Source of the DNA: Eledone cirrhosa
Lineage: Eukaryota
Assembly: GCA_964016885.1 (NCBI GenBank)
Contig: OZ024766.1
Span: 12,710,001-12,774,000 of the forward strand
Direction of reading: 5' to 3'
DNA length: 64,000 nt
Every line of letters begins with the position of its first letter. The stretch's first letter is position 1. Made by a program: the position numbers and the translations under genes. This document shows positions 51,726 to 64,000 of this stretch, piece after piece. The notes beneath the pieces were generated by a model. That model was given only the letters and a program-made list of their open reading frames with translations, ran no database searches and had not been told where the DNA came from.

Positions 51726-53262
51726 CTCCTATACATCTAGCTACTCGCATTTACCTCAACACACACACTCTCTCCTATACACCTAGCTACACACATTTAC
51801 CTCAACACACACACACACACACTCCCTCTCCTATACACCTAGCTACACACATTTACCTCAACATACACATACACCCTCTCCTATACACCTAGCTACACAC
51901 ATTTACCTCAACACACACACACACCCTCTCCTAGAAACCTAGCTACACACATTTACCTCAACACACACACACACACACCCTCTCCTATACACCTAGCTAC
52001 ACACATTCACCTCAACATACACACACACACACACCCTCTCCTATACACCTAGCTACACACATTTACCTCAACATACACACACACACCCTCTCATATACAC
52101 CTAGCTACACACATTTACCTCAACACACACACCCTCTCCTATACACCTAGCTACACACATTCACCTCAACACACACACACACACCCTCTCCTATACACCT
52201 AGCTACACACATTTAACTCAACATACACATACACACACCCTCTCCTATACACCTAGCTACACACATTTACCTCAACATACACACACACCCTCTCCTATAC
52301 ACCTAGCTACACACATTAACCTCAACATACACACACACACACCCTCTCCTACACACCTAGCTACACACATTTACCTCAACACACACACACACACCCTCTC
52401 CTATACACCTAGCTACACACATTTACCTCAACATACACACACACACACACTCTCCTACACACCTAGCTACACACATTCACCTCAACACACACACACACAC
52501 CCTCTCCTATACACCTAGCTACACACATTTACCTCAACATACACACACACCCTCTCCTATACACCTAGCTACACACATTTACCTCAACATACACACACAC
52601 ACACCCTCTCCTATACACCTAGCTACACACATTTACCTCAACACACACACACACCCTCTCCTATACACCTAGCTACACACATTTACCTCAACACACACAC
52701 ACACACACACCCTCTCCTATACACCTAGCTACACACATTTACCTCAACATACACACACCCTCTCCTATACACCTAGCTACACACATTTACCTCAACATAC
52801 ACACACACACACCCTCTCCTATACACCTAGCTACACACATTTACCTCAACACACACACACACACCCTCTCCTATACACCTAGCTACACACATTCACCTCA
52901 ACACACACACACACACCCTCTCCTATACACCTAGCTACACACATTTACCTCAACATACACATACACACACCCTCTCCTATACACCTAGCTACACACATTT
53001 ACCTCAACATACACACACACCCTCTCCTATACACCTAGCTACACACATTTACCTCAACACACACACACACCCTCTCCTATACACCTAGCTTTACACATTC
53101 ACCTCAACACACATACACACACACCCTCTCCTATACACCTAGCTACACACATTTACCTCAACACACACACACACCCTCTCCTATACACCTAGCTACACAC
53201 ATTTACCTCAACATACACACACACACCCTCTCCTATACACCTAGCTACACACATTTACCTCA

Positions 53263-53293
<31 letters not shown>

Positions 53294-53650
53294 CTCCTAT
53301 ACACCTAGCTACACACATTTACCTCAACACACACACACACACACACTCTCTCCTATAAACCTAGCTACACACATTTACCTCAACACACACACACACCCTC
53401 TCCTATACACCTAGCTACACACATTCACCTCAACATACACACACACACACACAGCCTCTCCTATACACCTAGCTACACACATTTACCTCAACACACACAC
53501 ACACACCCTCTCCTATACACCTAGCTACACACATTCACCTCAACATACACACACACACACCCTCTCCTATACACCAAGCTACACACATTTACCTCAACAT
53601 ACACACACACACACCCTCTCCTATACACCTAGCTACACACATTTACCTCA
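46500..53650. repeat. Non-adjacent duplicated block, about 46500-48280 repeated at about 51880-53650 (offset 5376)
   Basis: CCTAGAAACC is at 46556/51932, AGCTTTAC at 47711/53087 and the G of CACAGCCT at 48078/53454. Confidence 0.87.
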
Positions 53651-55165
53651 ACACACACACCCTCTCCTATACACCTAGCTACACACATTCACCTCAACAT
53701 ACACACACACACACACCCTCTCCTATACACCTAGCTACACACATTTACCTCAACACACACACACACACACACCCTCTCCTATACACCTAGCTACACACAT
53801 TTACCTCAACATACACACACCCTCTCCTATACACCTAGCTACACACATTTACCTCAACATACACACACACACACCCTCTCCTATACACCTAGCTACACAC
53901 ATTTACCTCAACACACACACACACACACCCTCTCCTATACACCTAGCTACACACATTCACCTCAACACACACACACACACCCTCTCCTATACACCTAGCT
54001 ACACACATTTACCTCAACATACACATACACACACCCTCTCTTATACACCTAGCTACACACATTTACCTCAACATACACACACACCCTCTCCTATACACCT
54101 AGCTACACACATTTACCTCAACATACACACACACACACCCTCTCCTACACACCTAGCTACACACATTTACCTCAACACACACACACACACCCTCTCCTAT
54201 AAACCTAGCTACACACATTTACCTCAACATACACACACACACACACTCTCCTATACACCTAGCTACACACATTCACCTCAACACACACACACACACCCTC
54301 TCCTATACACCTAGCTACACACATTTACCTCAACATACACACACACCCTCTCCTATACACCTAGCTACACACATTTACCTCAACACACACACACACACAC
54401 CCTCTCCTATACACCTAGCTACACACATTTACCTCAACACACACACACACCCTCTCCTATACACCTAGCTACACACATTCACCTCAACACACACACACAC
54501 ACACCCTCTCCTATACACCTAGCTACACACATTTACCTCAACACACACACACACCCTCTCCTATACACCTAGCTACACACATTTACCTCAACATACACAC
54601 ACACACCCTCTCCTATACACCTAGCTACACACATTTACCTCAACACACACACACACACCCTCTCCTATACACCTAGCTACACACATTCACCTCAACATAC
54701 ACACACACACACCCTCTCCTATACACCAAGCTACACACATTTACCTCAACATACACACACACACACCCTCTCCTATACACCTAGCTACACACATTTACCT
54801 CAACACACAAACACACACACCCTCTACTATACACCTAGCTACACACATTTACCACAACACACACACACACCCTCTCCTATACACCTAGCTACACACATTT
54901 ACCTCAACACACACACACACACACCCTCTCCTATACACCTAGCTACACACATTTACCTCAACACACACACACACACACCCTCTCCTATACACCTAGCTAC
55001 ACACATTTACCTCGACACACACACACACCCTCTCCTATACACCCAGCTACACACATTTACCTCAACATACACACACACTCTCCTATACACCTAGCTACAC
55101 ACATTTACCTCAACACACAAACACACACACCCACTCCTTAACACCTAGCTGCACACATTTACCTC

Positions 55166-55199
<34 letters not shown>

Positions 55200-56533
55200 C
55201 TCCTATACATCTAGCTACTCGCATTTACCTCAACACACACACTCTCTCCTATACACCTAGCTACACACATTTACCTCAACACACACACACACACACTCCC
55301 TCTCCTATACACCTAGCTACACACATTTACCTCAACATACACATACACCCTCTCCTATACACCTAGCTACACACATTTACCTCAACACACACACACACCC
55401 TCTCCTAGAAACCTAGCTACACACATTTACCTCAACACACACACACACACACCCTCTCCTATACACCTAGCTACACACATTCACCTCAACATACACACAC
55501 ACACACACCCTCTCCTATACACCTAGCTACACACATTTACCTCAACATACACACACACACCCTCTCATATACACCTAGCTACACACATTTACCTCAACAC
55601 ACACACCCTCTCCTATACACCTAGCTACACACATTCACCTCAACACACACACACACACCCTCTCCTATACACCTAGCTACACACATTTAACTCAACATAC
55701 ACATACACACACCCTCTCCTATACACCTAGCTACACACATTTACCTCAACATACACACACACCCTCTCCTATACACCTAGCTACACACATTAACCTCAAC
55801 ATACACACACACACACCCTCTCCTACACACCTAGCTACACACATTTACCTCAACACACACACACACACCCTCTCCTATACACCTAGCTACACACATTTAC
55901 CTCAACATACACACACACACACACTCTCCTACACACCTAGCTACACACATTCACCTCAACACACACACACACACCCTCTCCTATACACCTAGCTACACAC
56001 ATTTACCTCAACATACACACACACCCTCTCCTATACACCTAGCTACACACATTTACCTCAACATACACACACACACACCCTCTCCTATACACCTAGCTAC
56101 ACACATTTACCTCAACACACACACACACCCTCTCCTATACACCTAGCTACACACATTTACCTCAACACACACACACACACACACCCTCTCCTATACACCT
56201 AGCTACACACATTTACCTCAACATACACACACCCTCTCCTATACACCTAGCTACACACATTTACCTCAACATACACACACACACACCCTCTCCTATACAC
56301 CTAGCTACACACATTTACCTCAACACACACACACACACCCTCTCCTATACACCTAGCTACACACATTCACCTCAACACACACACACACACCCTCTCCTAT
56401 ACACCTAGCTACACACATTTACCTCAACATACACATACACACACCCTCTCCTATACACCTAGCTACACACATTTACCTCAACATACACACACACCCTCTC
56501 CTATACACCTAGCTACACACATTTACCTCAACA
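50289..56533. repeat. Duplicated block, 50289-53059 repeated at 53763-56533 (offset 3474)
   Basis: CCTCTCTTAT is at 50561/54035, CACCCAGC at 51566/55040 and TAGAAA at 51932/55406. Confidence 0.9.
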
Positions 56534-57837
56534 TACACACACACACACCCTCTCCTACACACCTAGCTACACACATTTACCTCAACACACACACACACAC
56601 CCTCTCCTATACACCTAGCTACACACATTTACCTCAACATACACACACCCTCTCCTATACACCTAGCTACACACATTTACCTCAACACACACACCCTCTC
56701 CTATACACCTAGCTACACACATTCACCTCAACATACACACACACACGCCCTCTCCTATACACCTAGCTACACACATTTACCTCAACATACACACACACAC
56801 ACCCTCTCCTATACACCTAGCTACACACATTTACGTCAACATACACACACACACACCCTCTCCTATACACCTAGCTACACACATTTACCTCAACATACAC
56901 ACACACCCTCTCCTATACACCTAGCTACACACATTCACCTCAACATACACACACACACGCCCTCTCCTATACACCTAGCTACACACATTTACCTCAACAT
57001 ACACACACACACACCCTCTCCTATACACCTAGCTACACACATTTACCTCAACTCACACACACACACACCCTCTCCTATACACCTAGCTACACACATTCAC
57101 CTCAACATACACACACACACACACCCTCTCCTATACACCTAGCTACACACATTTACCTCAACATACACACACACACCCTCTCATATACACCTAGCTACAC
57201 ACATTTACCTCAACACACACACCCTCTCCTATACACCTAGCTACACACATTTACCTCAACATACACACACACCCTCTCCTATACACCTAGCTACACACAT
57301 TCACCTCAACATACACACACACACGCCCTCTCCTATACACCTAGCTACACACATTTACCTCAACATACACACACACACACCCTCTCCTATACACCTAGCT
57401 ACACACATTTACCTCAACTCACACACACACACACCCTCTCCTATACACCTAGCTACACACATTCACCTCAACATACACACACACACACACCCTCTCCTAT
57501 ACACCTAGCTACACACATCTACCTCAACACACACACACACACACACCCTCTCCTATACACCTAGCTACACACATTTACCTCAACATACACACACCCTCAC
57601 CTATACACCTAGCTACACACATTTACCTCAACACACACACACACCCTCTCCTATACACCTAGCTACACACATTCACCTCAACATACACACACACACACCC
57701 TCTCCTATACACCAAGCTACACACATTTACCTCAACACACACACACACACCCTCTCCTATACACCTAGCTACACACATTTACCTCAACATACACACACAC
57801 ACCCTCTCCTATACACCTAGCTACACACATTTACCTC

Positions 57838-57875
<38 letters not shown>

Positions 57876-60249
57876 CTCCTATACACCTAGCTACACACAT
57901 TTACCTCAACACACACACACACACACACTCTCTCCTATACACCTAGCTACACACATTTACCTCAACACACACACACACACACCCTCTCCTATACACCTAG
58001 CTACACACATTCACCTCAATATACACACACACACACACACCCTCTCCTATACACCTAGCTACACACATTTACCTCAACACACACACACACCCTCTCCTAT
58101 ACACCTAGCTACACACATTCACCTCAACATACACACACACACACCCTCTCCTATACACCAAGCTACACACATTTACCTCAACATACACACACACACACCC
58201 TCTCATATACACCTAGCTACACACATTTACCTCAACACACAAACACACACACCCTCTCCTATACACCTAGCTACACACATTTACCACAACACACACACCC
58301 TCTCCTATACACCTAGCTACACACATTTACCTCAACACACACACACACACACTCCCTCTCCTATACACCTAGCTACACACATTTACCTCAACATACACAT
58401 ACACCCTCTCCTATACACCTAGCTACACACATTTACCTCAACACACACACACACCCTCTCCTATACACCTAGCTACACACATTTACCTCAACACACACAC
58501 ACACACACCCTCTCCTATACACCTAGCTACACACATTCACCTCAACATACACACACACACACACCCTCTCCTATACACCTAGCTACACACATTTACCTCA
58601 ACATACACACACACACCCTCTCATATACACCTAGCTACACACATTTACCTCAACACACACACCCTCTCCTATACACCTAGCTACACACATTCACCTCAAC
58701 ATACACACACACACACACCCTCTCCTATACACCTAGCTACACACATTTACCTCAACACACACACACACACACACCCTCTCCAATACACCTAGCTACACAC
58801 ATTTACCTCAACATACACACACCCTCTTCTATACACCTAGCTACACACATTTACCTCAACATACACACACACACACCCTCTCCTATACACCTAGCTACAC
58901 ACATTTACCTCAGCACACACACACACACCCTCTCCTATACACCTAGCTACACACATTCACCTCAACACACACACACACACCCTCTCCTATACACCTAGCT
59001 ACACACATTTACCTCAACATACACATACACACACCCTCTCCTATACACCTAGCTACACACATTTACCTCAACATACACACACACACCCTCTCCTATACAC
59101 CTAGCTACACACATTTACCTCAACATACACACACACACACCCTCTCCTATACACCTAGCTACACACATTTACCTCAACACACAAACACACACACCCTCTC
59201 CTTAACACCTAGCTGCACACATTTACCTCAACACACACACACACACACACACACCCTCTCCTATACACCTAGCTACTCGCATTTACCTCAACACACACAC
59301 CCTCTCCTATACACCTAGCTACACACATTTACCTCAACACACACACACACACACTCCCTCTCCTATACACCTAGCTACACACATTTACCTCAACATACAC
59401 ATACACCCTCTCCTATACACCTAGCTACACACATTTACCTCAACACACACACACACCCTCTCCTATACACCTAGCTACACACATTTACCTCAACCCACAC
59501 ACACACACACCCTCTCCTATACACCTAGCTACACACATTCACCTCAACATACACACACACACACACACCCTCTCCTATACACCTAGCTACACACATTTAC
59601 CTCAACATACGCACACACACCCTCTCATATACACCTAGCTACACACATTTACCTCAACATACACACACACACACCCTCTCCTATACACCTAGCTACACAC
59701 ATTTACCTCAACACACACACACACACCCTCTCCTATACACCTAGCTACACACATTCACCTCAACACACACACACACACCCTCTCCTATACACCTAGCTAC
59801 ACACATTTACCTCAACATACACATACACACACCCTCTCCTATACACCTAGCTACCCACATTTACCTCAACATACACACACACCCTCTCCTATACACCTAG
59901 CTACACATATTTACCTCAACATACACACACACACACCCTCTCCTACACACCTAGCTACACACATTTACCTCAACACACACACACACACCCTCTCCTATAC
60001 ACCTAGCTACACACATTTACCTCAACATACACACACACACACACTCTCCTATACACCTAGCTACACACATTCACCTCAACACACACACCCTCTCCTATAC
60101 ACCTAGCTACACACATTTACCTCAACATACACACACACCCTCTCCTATACACCTAGCTACACACATTTACCTCAACACACACACACACACACCCTCTCCT
60201 ACACACCTAGCTACACACATTTACCTCAACACACACACACACCCTCTCC

Positions 60250-63200
60250 TATACACCTAGCTACACACATTCACCTCAACACACACACACACACCCTCTC
60301 CTATACACCTAGCTACACACATTTACCTCAACACACACACACACCCTCTCCTATACACCTAGCTACACACATTTACCTCAACATACACACACACACCCTC
60401 TCCTATACACCTAGCTACACACATTTACCTCAACACACACACACACACCCTCTCCTATACACCTAGCTACACACATTCACCTCAACATACACACACACAC
60501 ACCCTCTCCTATACACCAAGCTACACACATTTACCTCAACATACACACACACACACCCTCTCCTATACACCTAGCTACACACATTTACCTCAACACACAA
60601 ACACACACACCCTCTCCTATACACCTAGCTACACACATTTACCACAACACACACACACACCCTCTCCTATACACCTAGCTACACACATTTACCTCAACAC
60701 ACACACACACACACCCTCTCCTATACACCTAGCTACACACATTTACCTCAACACACACACACACACACCCTCTCCTATACACCTAGCTACACACATTTAC
60801 CTCGACACACACACACACCCTCTCCTATACACCTAGCTACACACATTTACCTCAACATACACACACACACACCCTCTCCTATACACCTAGCTACACACAT
60901 TTACCTCAACACACAAACACACACACCCTCTCCTTAACACCTAGCTGCACACATTTACCTCAACACACACACACACACACACCCTCTCCTATACATCTAG
61001 CTACTCGCATTTACCTCAACACACAAACCCTCTCCTATACACCTAGCTACACACATTTACCTCAACACACACACACACACACACTCCCTCTCCTATACAC
61101 CTAGCTACACACATTTACCTCAACATACACATACACCCTCTCCTATACACCTAGCTACACACATTTACCTCAACACACACACACTCCCTCTCCTATACAC
61201 CTAGCTACACACATTTACCTCAACACATACACACACACACCCTCTCCTATAAACCTAGCTACACACATTCACCTCAACATACACACACACACACACCCTC
61301 TCCTATACACCTAGCTACACACATTTACCTCAACATACACACACACACCCTCTCATATACACCTAGCTACACACATTTACCTCAACACACACACCCTCTC
61401 CTATACACCTAGCTACACACATTCACCTCAACATACACACACACACACACCCTCTCCTATACACTTAGCTACACACATTTACCTCAACACACACACACAC
61501 ACACACCCTCTCCTATACACCTAGCTACACACATTTACCTCAACATACACACACCCTCTCCTATACACCTAGCTACACACATTTACCTCAACATACACAC
61601 ACACCCTCTCCTATACACCTAGCTACACACATTTACCTCAACATACACACACACACACCCTCTCCTACACACCTAGCTACACACATTTACCTCAACACAC
61701 ACACACACACCCTCTCCTATACACCTAGCTACACACATTTACCTCAACATACACACACACACACTCTCCTATACACCTAGCTACACACATTCACCTCAAC
61801 ACACACACACACACACCCTCTCCTACACACCTATTAACACACATTCCCCTCAACATACACACACACACACACCCTCTCTTATACACCTAGCTACACACAT
61901 TTACCTCAACATACACACACACACACCCTCTCCTATACACCTAGCTACACACATTCACCTCAACACACACACACACACCCTCTCCTATACACCTAGCTAC
62001 ACACATTTACCTCAACACACACACACACCCTCTCCTATACACCTAGCTACACACATTTACCTCAACATACACACACACACCCTCTCCTATACACCTAGCT
62101 ACACACATTTACCTCAACACACACACACACACCCTCTCCTATACACCTAGCTACACACATTCACCTCAACATACACACACACACACCCTCTCCTATACAC
62201 CAAGCTACACACATTTACCTCAACATACACACACACACACCCTCTCCTATACACCTAGCTACACACATTTACCTCAACACACAAACACACACACCCTCTC
62301 CTATACACCTAGCTACACACATTTACCACAACACACACACACACCCTCTCCTATACACCTAGCTACACACATTTACCTCAACACACACACACACACACCC
62401 TCTCCTATACACCTAGCTACACACATTTACCTCAACACACACACACACACACCCTCTCCTATACACCTAGCTACACACATTTACCTCGACACACACACAC
62501 ACCCTCTCCTATACACCTAGCTACACACATTTACCTCAACACACACACACACACACACCCTCTCCTATACATCTAGCTACTCGCATTTACCTCAACACAC
62601 AAACCCTCTCCTATACACCTAGCTACACACATTTACCTCAACACACACACACACACACACTCCCTCTCCTATACACCTAGCTACACACATTTACCTCAAC
62701 ATACACATACACCCTCTCCTATACACCTAGCTACACACATTTACCTCAACACACACACACTCCCTCTCCTATACACCTAGCTACACACATTTACCTCAAC
62801 ACATACACACACACACCCTCTCCTATACACCTAGCTACACACATTCACCTCAACATACACACACACACACACCCTCTCCTATACACCTAGCTACACACAT
62901 TTACCTCAACATACACACACACACCCTCTCATATACACCTAGCTACACACATTTACCTCAACACACACACCCTCTCCTATACACCTAGCTACACACATTC
63001 ACCTCAACATACACACACACACACACCCTCTCCTATACACTTAGCTACACACATTTACCTCAACACACACACACACACACACCCTCTCCTATACACCTAG
63101 CTACACACATTTACCTCAACATACACACACCCTCTCCTATACACCTAGCTACACACATTTACCTCAACATACACACACACCCTCTCCTATACACCTAGCT

Positions 63201-63530
63201 ACACACATTTACCTCAACATACACACACACACACCCTCTCCTACACACCTAGCTACACACATTTACCTCAACACACACACACACACCCTCTCCTATACAC
63301 CTAGCTACACACATTTACCTCAACATACACACACACACACTCTCCTATACACCTAGCTACACACATTCACCTCAACACACACACACACACACCCTCTCCT
63401 ACACACCTATTAACACACATTCCCCTCAACATACACACACACACACACCCTCTCTTATACACCTAGCTACACACATTTACCTCAACATACACACACACAC
63501 ACCCTCTCCTATACACCTAGCTACACACAT
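60250..63530. repeat. Tandem duplication, offset 1684 then 1576 (two monomers, 108 bp, missing from the second copy)
   Basis: CCAAG at 60516/62200 and CTCGA at 60801/62485 give +1684. CATCTAG at 60994/62570, CTTAG at 61464/63040 and CTATTAAC at 61831/63407 give +1576. Confidence 0.88.
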
Positions 63531-64000
63531 TTACCACAACACACACACACACCCTCTCCTATACACCTAGCTACACACATTTACCTCAACATACACACAC
63601 ACCCTCTCCTATACACCTAGCTACACACATTTACCTCAACACACACACACACACACCCTCTCCTATACACCTAGCTACACACATTTACCTCAACACACAC
63701 ACACACCCTCTCCTATACACCTAGCTACACACATTCACCTCAACACACACACACACCCTCTCCTATACACCTAGCTACACACATTTACCTCAACACACAC
63801 ACACACCCTCTCCTATACACCTAGCTACACACATTTACCTCAACACACACACACACGCACCCTCTCCTATACACCTAGCTACACACATTTATCTCAACAT
63901 ACACACACACACACACCCTCTCCTATACACCTAGCTACACACATTTACCTCAACACACACACCCTCTCCTATACACCTAGCTACACACATTCACCTCAAC

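Larger units (their letters stand above)
1..64000. repeat. Tandem satellite/minisatellite array: 38-bp core plus variable (CA)n linker, typical monomer about 50-56 bp, extends beyond both window ends
   Basis: Core CCCTCTCCTATACACCTAGCTACACACATTTACCTCAA occurs at 11-48, 61-98 and onward without interruption to the last line. Linkers are (CA)n or CATA(CA)n. I saw no inverted monomer or foreign insertion. Confidence 0.99.

Noticed and set aside
1-64000. CRISPR-like layout: constant 38-bp repeat with variable spacers
   Set aside because: The spacers are only (CA)n of about 6-32 bp with no unique information. There is no leader or cas gene in the window, and the repeat lacks a CRISPR-type hairpin or terminal motif.
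1-64000. Protein-coding repeat (His/Thr-rich on +, Val/Cys-rich on -)
   Set aside because: Each monomer has TAG on + and TGA, TAA and TAG on -. Lengths vary in 2-bp steps, so no frame is preserved. I saw ATG on + only as rare variants (2124, 7526, 22640).
1-64000. Telomerase- or reverse-transcriptase-templated repeat synthesis from one short template
   Set aside because: Rare variants and tract lengths are copied collinearly in multi-kb blocks, which indicates DNA-level duplication, not independent re-synthesis of each monomer. There is no canonical telomere motif.
1-64000. CA-tract lengths as an information-bearing code
   Set aside because: The recurring length patterns are explained by slippage plus block duplication. 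Nothing in the window suggests a reader or selection on their order.
1-64000. tRNA, rRNA, structured ncRNA or transposon termini
   Set aside because: The + strand is almost devoid of G and the - strand of C, so stable pairing is minimal. There are no inverted repeats beyond the 6-bp TAGCTA, and no target-site duplications or unique inserts.
1-64000. Whole array as a sequencing artefact (rolling-circle or concatemer)
   Set aside because: Hierarchically shared variants and position-dependent lineages are not expected from random errors on a single template. Individual near-perfect duplications could still be assembly errors.

Overview
All 64,000 bases are one uninterrupted, head-to-tail satellite/minisatellite array, open at both window edges. 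The monomer is a highly conserved 38-bp core (CCCTCTCCTATACACCTAGCTACACACATTTACCTCAA) followed by a variable (CA)n or CATA(CA)n tract. Monomers are mostly 46-60 bp, and I estimate roughly 1,200 copies by dividing window length by about 53 bp; this is not a count. All monomers have the same orientation. The + strand is C/A-rich with about one G per monomer. I found no gene, RNA gene, mobile element, CRISPR array or unique sequence. The array type suggests eukaryotic heterochromatic or subtelomeric DNA, but I cannot name the organism or satellite family. The real structure is internal. Rare substitutions and CA-tract lengths act as a barcode that reveals nested duplications: near-identical multi-kb blocks (offsets of about 5400, 4342, 1650, 6870, 4400, 5376, 3474 and 1580-1680 bp), older diverged ones (about 2150 and 3000-3140 bp), short incipient higher-order repeats, and variant lineages that change along the array. 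I see no support for a new gene-encoded system. What is of interest is satellite evolution, with the caveat that the near-perfect duplications could be assembly artefacts. All offsets were read by eye from marker variants, so block boundaries are approximate.
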